From contig OY821645.1 in the NCBI GenBank assembly GCA_963682135.1, positions 2,336,001 to 2,400,000 of the forward strand: DNA of 64,000 bases, read 5' to 3'. The notes under the pieces are model-generated. The model was not told where the DNA came from. It was given only the letters and a program-made list of their open reading frames with translations, and ran no database searches. Position numbers and translations under genes: made by a program. The DNA comes from Methanothrix sp. Lineage in GTDB: Archaea; Halobacteriota; Methanosarcinia; Methanotrichales; Methanotrichaceae. This document shows, piece by piece, positions 29,433 to 39,405 of this stretch; positions within the stretch are counted from its first letter, which is position 1; every line of letters starts with the position of its first letter.

Positions 29433-30106
29433 AGGCGGAAGAACTGGGCAGGATCTACGAATCGGGCCTGATCTTCAAGACGCGGCATGTTGCTTTAGAT
29501 GGTGTATCGCTGGAAATGAACGCTGGCAAGACTCTGGGAGTGATGGGCATCTCAGGCTCAGGCAAGACCACATTGGGTAAGATCCTGGCAGGTCTGGAGA
29601 GGCCATCCACGGGGAGGGTTCTCTTTGCGGGAAAGGATCTCCGGTCCATGAGCGGCAGGGAGTTTGCTGTTTTCAGGAGAGCGGTGCAGATGGTCTTTCA
29701 GGACCCGGAGGGCTCTTTGAATCCCAAAAAGAGCATAGAGCGATCTATTCATGAGGTCCTGGGCCTCATCAAAATTCCCCGCAGAGAATGGCAGGATAGG
29801 ACCGAGGAGATGCTGGATATGGTAGGCCTGTCCGAGGAGTTGCTCTGCCGCTATCCTTTTCAGATCTCGGGCGGACAATGTCAGAGAGTGGCTCTGGGTC
29901 GAGTATTGCTCCTCCGCCCTCAGGTAATAATCCTGGACGAGCCAACCTCAGCTCTCGATATCTCGGTACAGGCTCAGATTCTAAATCTCCTTAAGGATCT
30001 GCAGAGAGATCTAGGTCTTGCCTATCTGCTTATCTCTCATCAGAGCGAGGTGATCAGGTTCATGGCTCATGAAACGATCATCCTTGAGAGCAAAAGAACC
30101 TCTTGA
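29417..30106 (+). CDS. ABC ATPase (OppF/NikE-like)
   Basis: GISGSGKT, ISGGQCQR, DEPTSALD. Confidence 0.93.
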   Translation: MLAVLKAEELGRIYESGLIFKTRHVALDGVSLEMNAGKTLGVMGISGSGKTTLGKILAGLERPSTGRVLFAGKDLRSMSGREFAVFRRAVQMVFQDPEGSLNPKKSIERSIHEVLGLIKIPRREWQDRTEEMLDMVGLSEELLCRYPFQISGGQCQRVALGRVLLLRPQVIILDEPTSALDISVQAQILNLLKDLQRDLGLAYLLISHQSEVIRFMAHETIILESKRTS

Positions 30107-30307
30107 GGAAAGATCGACGATATAGTTTGGCAATTGCTAAGTAATAAGCCCACAGGTATAATATGATGCAAAATTTTGATCTTAATAAAATATCATATAC
30201 ATTATTTACCAACATAGGTTTAGCATAAGAATTATCTAGAATTGTTACTTGGTGCGATTAAAGATAGCTATTTATAATTGAATGGCATTTTGATTAGCGG
30301 TGAAACT

Positions 30308-31027
30308 ATGCACATTCCTGATGGCTATCTAGGGCCATACACCTATATCGCATTGTGGATCATAATGATCCCCATCTGGTACTATGCGGGAAGAAAGCTC
30401 AGCTCTGAGCTGAAGTCCAGGCAGGTTCCCCTGCTGGCGCTGGCAGCAGCGTTCTCTTTTGTTATTATGATGTTCAATGTCCCAATTCCGGGAGGCAGCA
30501 CCGGTCATGCCGTAGGCGCTGCAATAATCGGCATCGTTCTGGGACCATGGGCCGCAGTGATTGCCATATCCGTTGCCCTAGTGCTACAGGCGCTGATGTT
30601 CGGCGATGGTGGTATCACCGCCATCGCAGCCAATTGCTTTAATATGGCTGTAGTTATGCCCTTTGTGGCTTATTATGCTTACAAGCTCATCAGCACAGGC
30701 ACAGAGATTACTTCATCGAGAAGATTCATTGCCGCAGCCATCGCCGGCTATATCTCACTCGTGATAGCATCTGCCTTTACAGGCTTTGAATTCGGCATAC
30801 AGCCAATATTGCATCACACAGCCGAAGGAGTACCACTCTACATGCCCTACCCGCTATCCGTGACGGTTCCTGCCATGGTACTGGAGCATGTTTTCGGATT
30901 CGGCATCCTCGAGGCGCTCATTACGGCTTTGATCTTTGCTTACATCCAGAGAACGGATACCACCCTGCTCTATGGAGAGAAATCTGCAACCCAGAAGAAG
31001 AAAAAGAAGAACGCAAGCACAGCGTGA
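30308..31027 (+). CDS. cbiM: ECF Co/Ni transporter S component
   Basis: N-terminal MHIPDG metal ligand, GSTGH, FGDGG; start reassigned. Confidence 0.93.
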   Translation: MHIPDGYLGPYTYIALWIIMIPIWYYAGRKLSSELKSRQVPLLALAAAFSFVIMMFNVPIPGGSTGHAVGAAIIGIVLGPWAAVIAISVALVLQALMFGDGGITAIAANCFNMAVVMPFVAYYAYKLISTGTEITSSRRFIAAAIAGYISLVIASAFTGFEFGIQPILHHTAEGVPLYMPYPLSVTVPAMVLEHVFGFGILEALITALIFAYIQRTDTTLLYGEKSATQKKKKKNASTA

Positions 31028-31036
31028 GGTAAGACC

Positions 31037-31351
31037 ATGGATAAGATAATAAAAAACTTTGCTATCGGCCTGGCTTTGCTGATTATTCTGGCGCCGCTCG
31101 GGCTTTTAGCTGTTGGAGAGACCTTTGGCGAGTGGGGACCGGAAGAGGTTAAGGAGAAGCTCGGCTTTGTGCCTCCTGGTTTAGAGCAGCTTTCATCGCT
31201 TTGGAGCGCACCCATGTCAGATTATTCCCTGCCCGGCATTGGCGATTCGATGACGGCAGCATCGGCAGCGTATATCCTGTCTGCAGTGCTCGGCGTTGTT
31301 ATCTGCGGTGGTCTGCTCTACTTCGTGGGCAAGAGAATTGCCAAAGACTGA
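31037..31351 (+). CDS. PDGLE-domain (NikN-like) ECF accessory protein
   Basis: GEWG, PPGLE, APMSDY; two TMs. Confidence 0.88.
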   Translation: MDKIIKNFAIGLALLIILAPLGLLAVGETFGEWGPEEVKEKLGFVPPGLEQLSSLWSAPMSDYSLPGIGDSMTAASAAYILSAVLGVVICGGLLYFVGKRIAKD

Positions 31352-31394
31352 CGCCTTTTTTTAAAAATTTTTTTAGATTTGGAGCAGAAAAGAT

Positions 31395-32333
31395 ATGATC
31401 CCGGAATGGATGAAAGAAGTGGATGTTGGCCCGTGCTCGTGTTCTGCGGTATATCACGGCAAGAAAGGCTTTGTAGGGAAGACAATAGATGGAATATTCG
31501 GCTTTTTGCAGGAAGCCTTTGTCTCGGAGACTTATGCCAAGCGAGACGGCTTGCTACAGGCCCTGGACCCCAGGGCCAAACTGATCTCCATTCTTGCCGT
31601 CATATTTGCCACCAGCATGGTAGGTGACCTTCATCTATTGATCGTTGTCTACCTGGCGACATTGCTTTTCGCGTATCTCAGCAAGGTCGATGTTATATTC
31701 TTCATCAAGCGTGTCTGGCTCTTTATTCCCATTTTTGCGGGCATAATCGCCCTGCCCATGGTCTTCAACATCTTCTTCCCCGGCGATCCTCTTATTCAGC
31801 TGGCATACCTTGGTCCAGGAGCTTCCCTCGGGCTTTTTTCTCTGCCGGAGAGCATTTTCATCACCAAACAGGGAGTTGACATGGCGATCATATTCACCAT
31901 GCGTGTGGCGACCTGCGTCTCGTCCGTGGTACTGCTTTTTATCACTACGCCACAGCAAGTGCTCTTCAAGTCCCTGCGCTCAGTTGGAGTTCCCAAGATC
32001 TATGTCCTGACGTTGGAGATGGCTTACAGATACATCTTCTTGCTCATGGACATGGTACGCGAGATGTATACTGCCAAGAAAGCCAGGACCATCAAGTCTC
32101 GAAGCATGCTCGAAGAGCAGAAATGGGTTGGCGGACGCATGGGCTATACGCTGATAAGATCCATAGATATGAGCGAGAAGGTGCATATGGCCATGATGTC
32201 TCGAGGCTTCAATGGCGATGTCAAGGTCATGCAACAGTTCAATATGTTGCATCGGGATTACCTCGCAGTTGCAGCGGCCCTATCTCTGAGCGTATTGCTT
32301 GTGTTGATCGCTCAGGATTTCATTCGGGTGTAA
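31395..32333 (+). CDS. cbiQ: ECF T component
   Basis: LDPRAK, YRYIF, AMMSRGF. Confidence 0.92.
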   Translation: MIPEWMKEVDVGPCSCSAVYHGKKGFVGKTIDGIFGFLQEAFVSETYAKRDGLLQALDPRAKLISILAVIFATSMVGDLHLLIVVYLATLLFAYLSKVDVIFFIKRVWLFIPIFAGIIALPMVFNIFFPGDPLIQLAYLGPGASLGLFSLPESIFITKQGVDMAIIFTMRVATCVSSVVLLFITTPQQVLFKSLRSVGVPKIYVLTLEMAYRYIFLLMDMVREMYTAKKARTIKSRSMLEEQKWVGGRMGYTLIRSIDMSEKVHMAMMSRGFNGDVKVMQQFNMLHRDYLAVAAALSLSVLLVLIAQDFIRV

Positions 32334-32337
32334 GAAT

Positions 32338-33168
32338 ATGGATACCATCTTCGACTTGAGAAACATCTCATATTCATACGTGGGAAAGATAAATGCGCTG
32401 AAAGATATTAGCTTAAAGATAAATCGTGGAGAGCAGGTATCAATAATTGGTACAAACGGTAGCGGCAAATCGACTCTGTTGGCCATCCTGAATGGATTGA
32501 TCTATCCGACTTCAGGAGAATTTTATGCCTTTGACAATCAAATAACCGAGGATATTTTTGATTCCATAAAGGATAATGAATTTCGGTCCTATTTCCGCAC
32601 TAAGGTGGGCTTCGTCTTTCAGAACTCGGATGTTCAGCTCTTCTCGCCTACGGTCTACGAAGAGATCGCCTTTGGGCCCTTGCAGCTTGATGTCCCTCCA
32701 GAGGAGGTTAAACACAGAGTCGAGGACGTTCTGGAGATAATGGAAATCACAAAGCTCCGGGATCGATCGCCTCATACCCTGAGCGGTGGGGAGAAAAAGA
32801 AAGTATGCATAGCTACAGTGCTGGTCAACAACCCGGATGTCCTACTATTAGATGAACCCACGGCAGGATTGGATCCCAGGACGCAGCTATGGCTGGTTGA
32901 GCTCTTGCAGGAGCTGGGAAGATCGGGAAAGACGGTTGTCACTGCCACACACGACCTGGAAACCATTGAGCAGATCAGCAATAGGGCCATAGTCATGGGT
33001 GAAGATCACGGTGTTAAAGTCGACGGAGATACAGTCAAAGTATTAGATGACATGGCGCTCCTCCTCAGTGTCAACCTCATCCACGAGCACATGCATATTC
33101 ACGGAAAGGCGGTCCATGAGCATCTCCATGCCCATGGAAAAGAGCACGCTCACCAACATATGAATTGA
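32338..33168 (+). CDS. cbiO: ECF ATPase with His-rich C-terminal tail
   Basis: GTNGSGKST, LSGGEKK, DEPTAGLD; tail IHEHMHIHGKAVHEHLHAHGKEHAHQH. Confidence 0.92.
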   Translation: MDTIFDLRNISYSYVGKINALKDISLKINRGEQVSIIGTNGSGKSTLLAILNGLIYPTSGEFYAFDNQITEDIFDSIKDNEFRSYFRTKVGFVFQNSDVQLFSPTVYEEIAFGPLQLDVPPEEVKHRVEDVLEIMEITKLRDRSPHTLSGGEKKKVCIATVLVNNPDVLLLDEPTAGLDPRTQLWLVELLQELGRSGKTVVTATHDLETIEQISNRAIVMGEDHGVKVDGDTVKVLDDMALLLSVNLIHEHMHIHGKAVHEHLHAHGKEHAHQHMN

Positions 33169-33362
33169 AGCGTAAGTGTTCGTGAGTCCGATTGGTGCTG
33201 GAATGCTGGACTGGGCCAATCGGAATAACAATTTCTAAATTAGTATTACTTTAGGTTATTTTATCTAGAAAAGTATTTAGATCATAACAGTAGTTGATTA
33301 CTATGTAGTCAGAAGGGCAACTGAGTTCCCAATAGATTGACTATCAAGATAAGGTGGTATAA

Positions 33363-33545
33363 ATGACAGAGAAGCATGAACACGAACACAAGCCGGAAAA
33401 AATGCATGAACATGAACACGAACACGAGATCAAACATGAGCACGAGCATAAGCACGAGGATAAAGCCCACGCACATGAACATGTTCACGAAATAAAGCAT
33501 AAACATGAGCATGGGGAGGAAGAAGCGCATAAAAAGAAGGAGTGA
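33363..33545 (+). CDS. 60-aa His/Glu-rich (HE)n putative metal-binding protein
   Basis: 19 His by manual count in HxHxH runs; AGGTGG SD. Confidence 0.85.
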   Translation: MTEKHEHEHKPEKMHEHEHEHEIKHEHEHKHEDKAHAHEHVHEIKHKHEHGEEEAHKKKE

Positions 33546-33579
33546 AAGAATATCAAAGGATAAAGGGTGGTGAATTCTG

Positions 33580-33948
33580 ATGAATCATGTTGACAGATCA
33601 TTTTCATTTACGAGGATTGATAGAAAAGATGAGCTGATGGACGCGATGTTCAACCACAAATGGCCTCTTTGCTGCAGCTTTTATCACGAGAAACTGCTCT
33701 ACCTGAGTGATGGTGAGTGTGAGGATATGCCGGAATACGCTGTCGTGGCTATTGATAAAACGGATGGGCGCTTTTGCGTTCATGGCCGCGAGGTGGGTAG
33801 GATCAAGCCCGCCAGCATGCAGCTCGCAGAGATGCCAAAGTTCATCCAGGAGATGAAAGCGAGCATATGTAATGCCGGGAATCCAGTCCAGTTCGTGGCA
33901 GAGCCAAAATGGCATCATTGCTGCCAGCTTTGCAGCTTGGATGATTAG
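33580..33948 (+). CDS. Cys/His-rich hypothetical protein
   Basis: WPLCCSFYH, LYLSDGECED-PEYAVV, WHHCCQLC; GGTGGTG SD. Confidence 0.8.
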   Translation: MNHVDRSFSFTRIDRKDELMDAMFNHKWPLCCSFYHEKLLYLSDGECEDMPEYAVVAIDKTDGRFCVHGREVGRIKPASMQLAEMPKFIQEMKASICNAGNPVQFVAEPKWHHCCQLCSLDD

Positions 33949-34467
33949 CGAAATGCATTCGCCTGCCGTTTTATATTTTTGGCTTAACTATGGTCTTGAA
34001 TTGCTACTTAAATCCAGGAGTAAGCAATTCTGATGCATTTTCGTCTATATCCTGATTGTCTCCCCTAGAGCAAAACGGCTTTATGCAACATGGCATCAAC
34101 TTTGAAGAAAATTGAGCACTCTGTGGATGGCATGCGCGAGGAAATCTCGCCACCAAAACACTATGCTGTAGGTTGTATAGTGGATCAACACGTTATTTTG
34201 TCCAACCGCATCATTCTCCCTAAAATCCTTATAAAGCATTAAACATATTAACTATCTGTCCTAATAATATCATTTCCATAAGCAACACTTATCCGAATAA
34301 CATATTTAAAACAGAAGATTTATGCATAATCGCAAAAATGGTGCTACAAATAGTGGCCCTTATCCTTTACAAAAGTTTAATCAATACTTGAAAAAAGCCT
34401 CACAAAGCATTAAGTACTTGATATAAGTAATTAGGATCTATTAAAAATGAAATGGAGGTGAATCAAA

Positions 34468-34584
34468 ATGTGTTGCCATAATGATAATAAGCACGAACAC
34501 GCACACGCTCACGATGGTAAAGAGCACGTCCATGAGCATATCCATGATGGAGATCACAAGCACGGACACAAGTGCTGCCATTAA
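34468..34584 (+). CDS. 38-aa His/Cys-rich micro-protein (Hpn-like composition), not in ORF track
   Basis: GGAGGTGA SD; MCCHNDNKHEHAHAHDGKEHVHEHIHDGDHKHGHKCCH* (13 His, 4 Cys). Confidence 0.85.
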   Translation: MCCHNDNKHEHAHAHDGKEHVHEHIHDGDHKHGHKCCH

Positions 34585-34619
34585 TTCCAATACAGTTGGT
34601 CATAAATTTTTATTAAGAA

Positions 34620-34683
34620 TATGGGACGCTGGCAATTGGTCCTTGAGCGAACCGCAAGGATTCAATGCCAGAGAGATTCCATA
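34620..34683. terminator. Long imperfect hairpin between convergent genes
   Basis: CTGGCA/TGCCAG, GTCCTTG/CAAGGAT and TATGGGA/TTCCATA arms. Confidence 0.5.
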
Positions 34684-34697
34684 ATGAAGTCCATCTA

Positions 34698-36797
34698 TTA
34701 TAACCATCTGGCAAGAACTTCTGCCAGCTCTCTTTTCTGAAAAGGTTTGGCAATGAAATCGCTCATCCCTGCCTGAATACACTTCTCCCGGTCACCTCGC
34801 ATGGTAGCCGCAGTCATGGCGATTATTGGAATGCCCGGATTAAGTGCCTTCGATCCTTCCTGACGAATGACTCGTGCGGCCTCGAAACCGTCCATCTCGG
34901 GCATTTGGCAGTCCATCAACAGCAGGTCGTAGGGAATTATCTGGAGCACATTGACAGCTTCCTTACCATTGGCCACCACATCAGCTCGAAGGCCCATCTT
35001 TTTCAGCATGGCCTGTGCTACTTTTTGATTTATGGGATTGTCCTCTGCCACCAAGATGCGTATTTTGCTTGCAGTCTTTAGAAATTGCAGGCTCTGCAGC
35101 GAAGATTTCATAGTGCCGTTCTCATCAATTCTTACAGATATTTCATCGGCAGATCCACACACGACAGGCTGCTTCTCAAGCACCGCCGTGAACCAGAAGG
35201 TAGACCCTTTGCCTTCTTTGCTTTCCAAACCAATCTTGCCACCCATCAATTCGGCCAGATTTTTGGAAATGGCCAACCCCAGGCCGGTGCCGCCGTACTG
35301 GCGCGTGGTCGAGCTATCCACCTGAGTAAAAGGCGAGAAAAGAATATCCTGTCGACTTTCCGGGATGCCGATGCCGGTATCGCTGACAGAAAAACGAATT
35401 ATGGCATTTGCATTGTCTTCGCTCTCCAGGCTAACGCGGATCACTATCTCGCCCACCTCGGTAAACTTAACGGCATTGTTTGCCAGGTTGACTAGAATCT
35501 GGCGCAGCCTTCCCGGATCGCCTCTCAGCCGAGAAGGCACGCCGGACTCTATAGAACAGACCAGCTCCAGCTCTTTCTCATGAGCACCAGGAGCCAGGAG
35601 ATCTACTACATCTTTCAGCATGCTGGCCAGATCGAAGTCCAGCCTTTCCAGCTCCAGTTTGCGGGCTTCAATTTTAGAGAAATCCAGTATGTCGTTGATG
35701 AGAGAGAGAAGCATCTCTCCACTGATTCGAGCAATTTTTGCATATTCATGCTGCTCTGCATTCAAATCCATATCCAGAAGCATTCCGGTCATGCCAATGA
35801 CACCGTTTAAAGGGGTGCGAATCTCGTGACTCATATTGGCCAGAAATTCGGATTTGGCAGAATTGGCCTGCTCTGCTCTTGCAGCCATCTTTTTGGCATG
35901 CTCTGTGGCAATTTCCAGTTGCAGATTGGTTTTTTTCAGCTCTTCCTCGAATAGCTTATGTCTAGTGATGTCATTGAGAATTACCACCTTACCGCTGAAC
36001 TTCTCACTGACATCAAGCATCTGCTCGATCTTGACCTGGAATTGAAGGAGGCCCTTGCTGGTTAGTGCCTGCTTCTCGAAGATGACTTGCATCTGGCCGC
36101 TGGCATCCAATGCAGCTAACTCATCGGCAATGAATGGAAAGGACTCTCTGGTCTTATGTTTGTCGTAGTACGTAGCTCCTGGAATGCTGATGCTAAAGAA
36201 AATCTCCGAAGCAGCGTGATTCAGATTCTCAATGCGATTCTCCTGGTCAAGTAGAAATACAGGGTCTGTGATGCTTTCGAAGATGGTTAAGTACTTGTTT
36301 TTCTCGTTTGTCATGCCGCGATTAGCAGATTGCAGCTCCGCTAGCATCCGATTATCGGTAAGACAGTTCCACTCTGTGCAAAAGCCCAGCTCCATGTGAT
36401 CAAAGAATCGATCGATATGCAGTAGATATTGCCGCTCATCCTCGATCCCAAATCCCGCTTGCATAATGAGGTCTTTGTAGCTCTGCTGGTAATATTTCAT
36501 CAGACCCAAGAACATGCCAAAGCTTACACCCCGTTCGCGATGTCTTTGGGCCTCGATGATGCCAAAAGAATCAATTGAATCCTTTGTATAATCCTCCTCT
36601 GGCAGAAGCTCCGGCACACCGGATTGATGCGCCAAAGCCACCAGAAGGGATTGAGATATGCCTGCTATGGAGATTCTCCAGGCTTCGGCCAATGTCGAGG
36701 TATATCTGGTGTAGCCTTGCTTCTTTGCATAAGCGAGAACCTGTTGCATCAGCCAATCCTCATGATTTGCCACAAGTTCTGCTAACCTGGTCATCAT
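34698..36797 (-). CDS. Hybrid sensor histidine kinase (N-terminal helical sensor, PAS, HisKA, HATPase, REC)
   Basis: [43 protein letters not shown]; start reassigned to MMTRL. Confidence 0.93.
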   Translation of the reverse strand: MMTRLAELVANHEDWLMQQVLAYAKKQGYTRYTSTLAEAWRISIAGISQSLLVALAHQSGVPELLPEEDYTKDSIDSFGIIEAQRHRERGVSFGMFLGLMKYYQQSYKDLIMQAGFGIEDERQYLLHIDRFFDHMELGFCTEWNCLTDNRMLAELQSANRGMTNEKNKYLTIFESITDPVFLLDQENRIENLNHAASEIFFSISIPGATYYDKHKTRESFPFIADELAALDASGQMQVIFEKQALTSKGLLQFQVKIEQMLDVSEKFSGKVVILNDITRHKLFEEELKKTNLQLEIATEHAKKMAARAEQANSAKSEFLANMSHEIRTPLNGVIGMTGMLLDMDLNAEQHEYAKIARISGEMLLSLINDILDFSKIEARKLELERLDFDLASMLKDVVDLLAPGAHEKELELVCSIESGVPSRLRGDPGRLRQILVNLANNAVKFTEVGEIVIRVSLESEDNANAIIRFSVSDTGIGIPESRQDILFSPFTQVDSSTTRQYGGTGLGLAISKNLAELMGGKIGLESKEGKGSTFWFTAVLEKQPVVCGSADEISVRIDENGTMKSSLQSLQFLKTASKIRILVAEDNPINQKVAQAMLKKMGLRADVVANGKEAVNVLQIIPYDLLLMDCQMPEMDGFEAARVIRQEGSKALNPGIPIIAMTAATMRGDREKCIQAGMSDFIAKPFQKRELAEVLARWL

Positions 36798-37009
36798 AGC
36801 TGGAAACAACCCTCCTGGAAAATCCATTATTAACTGTGTTGGATAAGGTAATATATTTTGCCAAAGTGCGATAGGAATACGGAGGTAATATAGACTTATA
36901 TATGAAATTTTGGCAATAAATGTTCTTTTCGATATGCATCTGATGCAAATCAGTTCACTGCAATTTATTGCCCCTCGCCTGCGCGAGCCCACGCATCTCG
37001 TATGCTTCT

Positions 37010-38077
37010 TTAGAGTTTGGGCAATTCACCCACTACATTGGGCTCCAGGTAATGCATCTTTTGCAGATCCTCATCGCTCATGCCCGGGAATATTTCCAGT
37101 TCTCCTCTACTAACGGCTTTTTGCTTCTCTTCCACTAGCCTTCTTGTATCGGGAGGAACCAGATCGCTAAAGGGCGCCATTTCCACTGCGCCTTCCGCCA
37201 GACCGTACCACCAATCCTGTTCGGGATGATCCGCCCAGGTCCCGTTATGCACGTCTTCCACTATATCGGCCATTATCGGTTCCCAGTTCCAGATAGCACC
37301 TGTAAGAAACACATGCGGGAAGAACCGGGCCGTGTTCGAGCCGCAGGATATAAAGTACGTTCCAGTCTCCTCTGCAGCCTCGCCTGTTGCGTCTGAGTCG
37401 GAACCATGAGTGATGACATCGCAGCCTTCATTGATTAGTCCAAGAGCCAATTGCTTTTCTCTTTGGGGATCGTACCAACTGCCCACCCACGACACATGCA
37501 GCCTGGCCTGGGGGTTGACGCTGGCCATTCCCCTGGCAAAGGCATTAATGGCCATTACCACCTGTGGATCAGCAATGGGCTCAACCGCGGCGATCTTATT
37601 GGTCTTGGTCATGCTACCGGCCACTATTCCCGTTAGATACGCCGCTTGATAAAATCTTTCGTAATATGTTCCTACATTGGGGGCCAATTTCTCTTGACCT
37701 CCGCACCACATGAATGTTACATTAGGATATTTTGGGGCTACCTCTTGGATAGCTTCTCCAAAGCTTCCACTATGACAGAATATCAGCTCGCATCCATTTT
37801 CAGCATATTCTCTCAGTATCTGGGCGGCATCCGGCCCAGAGGCGCTCTCTCTCTCAGAGAGGCTTACGTAGGGCAGTTTCTTGGCCATTTTAGTTGCACC
37901 CGCATGGCCCTCGAAGGTCCAGCCGTGATCGCCTACAGGGCCAAAATCGAGCAGTGCCACCTTGAGCGCGGATGTTGTTGCGGACTTGTTGAGTTCATTG
38001 GCGCCGCCAACTACTGCAAGACCAAATAAAAGCAGTGCAAAAATAATTAATGTCCGTGTTATGACTGTGTATTTCAT
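37010..38077 (-). CDS. BMP/PnrA-family substrate-binding protein
   Basis: GPVGDHGWT, YLTGIVAGSMTKTNKI, WVGSWYDP; signal peptide. Confidence 0.9.
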   Translation of the reverse strand: MKYTVITRTLIIFALLLFGLAVVGGANELNKSATTSALKVALLDFGPVGDHGWTFEGHAGATKMAKKLPYVSLSERESASGPDAAQILREYAENGCELIFCHSGSFGEAIQEVAPKYPNVTFMWCGGQEKLAPNVGTYYERFYQAAYLTGIVAGSMTKTNKIAAVEPIADPQVVMAINAFARGMASVNPQARLHVSWVGSWYDPQREKQLALGLINEGCDVITHGSDSDATGEAAEETGTYFISCGSNTARFFPHVFLTGAIWNWEPIMADIVEDVHNGTWADHPEQDWWYGLAEGAVEMAPFSDLVPPDTRRLVEEKQKAVSRGELEIFPGMSDEDLQKMHYLEPNVVGELPKL

Positions 38078-38115
38078 CAAACCCACTCCCGTACTACCTT
38101 CTGAATTTATACAAA

Positions 38116-39309
38116 CTAAAGAATGGCATATGGCTCCCATTTAAAAGTATCATTATCTCTCGTCAGATGGGCAATAGTAAATGGCACATCAATCAAATCT
38201 CCGGCCAGATTGAGCTTCATCCAGCCAAATTCGCCCCGGTATTTCCCGGCAACTATGGGAAATGCCAGCTTGAATGCCTCGGCATCATCGCAGCCTGCCA
38301 GCAGATAGGTATAGGTGATAAGCCAGAGCGCATCATAATCATTGGCAGCAAAGGGGCTGGCCTCGCGACCGGTTTCATTGAAGACCGCGTTCTTGATTTG
38401 CAAATATTTGGCCCCACCCATTCCCCCAAATACCGGCGATAGGAAATGGGTTGATTCTGCGAACTGCGCAGCCGTCCTATTCTGACTAATGGCTACCGCC
38501 GAAAGATCGTTGCCGTACCATCTGACAGAGGAGAGGACTGGGTCGCCGGATGCCTGTGAAAATATAGCGACGATTTCATCGAAGGCTGACACATGGACGG
38601 CCACATAGTTGGCGCCATTGCCCTTAACCGCCCTTCTAACCTCGGAACGCAAGAGGTCCAAATCACTTGAGAAGTTGGTGGTATGCGGATCGTAGCGCAC
38701 GCCGTCCAGCATTATTCCGTCCCCTCGCTCAAACTCACTCTTGGTAGAGTTGAGCATGCCATCGGCCCACAGATCTCTTCTGGCCAGGGGTACTAGTACT
38801 CTTATGCCGTCGTTTTGCATCATAGCCGCTAGCAAATGAGCCAAAGTGGCATCATCCGGAGCCAGCCGGAAGACATTATCATTTCCAATCGCAAGAGATG
38901 GCGCTGTACTGGCACCGCTTATGAGGATGATCCCATTTCTATTGGCATATTCCCGCACATCGGCAAGAGATTGGCTCTCTTCCGGCCCCACCATGATTCT
39001 TATTCCACGGGCTTGCAGCACGTTTAAAGCATTTTGAGTCGATTCAGTGTCGGTATTTGTATCCTCCACCACCACTGAAACTCGAAACGGTCTCCCAAGG
39101 TCCGAGAATAGTTTATTGATATCCGTCTCTGCTGTCTTCAGAGCCACCTGGGCGGATATTCCATGGTTATCACTATCCCCATGAAGAGAGAGAAGAGCAC
39201 CTACGGTTAGAACGTTTTCTGAATTGTCCTGCGAGGTTGAACTGCATTGCGCTACGCTAATGCAAACGAGCATTACAGCGAAAATCAGAACGCAGGATCT
39301 GCTCACCAT
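38116..39309 (-). CDS. LivJ/type-1 periplasmic binding protein-like
   Basis: VGALLSLHG, EDTNTD, STAPSL, FRLAPDD, YDA; signal peptide. Confidence 0.88.
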   Translation of the reverse strand: MVSRSCVLIFAVMLVCISVAQCSSTSQDNSENVLTVGALLSLHGDSDNHGISAQVALKTAETDINKLFSDLGRPFRVSVVVEDTNTDTESTQNALNVLQARGIRIMVGPEESQSLADVREYANRNGIILISGASTAPSLAIGNDNVFRLAPDDATLAHLLAAMMQNDGIRVLVPLARRDLWADGMLNSTKSEFERGDGIMLDGVRYDPHTTNFSSDLDLLRSEVRRAVKGNGANYVAVHVSAFDEIVAIFSQASGDPVLSSVRWYGNDLSAVAISQNRTAAQFAESTHFLSPVFGGMGGAKYLQIKNAVFNETGREASPFAANDYDALWLITYTYLLAGCDDAEAFKLAFPIVAGKYRGEFGWMKLNLAGDLIDVPFTIAHLTRDNDTFKWEPYAIL

Positions 39310-39405
39310 GCCTTTTTATCAAATTATTAGGATTTATGTTTTGCGGACTATGCAAAAAGATTTTGAACTATAAGACACAACAGTTACTAAAGACCCAAGA
39401 ATAAG

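Noticed and set aside
33309-33530. Met/Phe/Val-rich 'membrane' ORF
   Set aside because: Reverse complement of the His/Glu codons of the 60-aa gene.
34481-34684. 67-aa ORF-track ORF
   Set aside because: Alternative frame of the 38-aa His peptide, which has the SD and coherent composition.
36798-36992. Long N-terminal extensions in the ORF track (kinase, CDF, UPF0175, dehydrogenase, OppD)
   Set aside because: They overlap neighbouring genes or promoters; downstream ATGs fit SD positions and family N-termini better.
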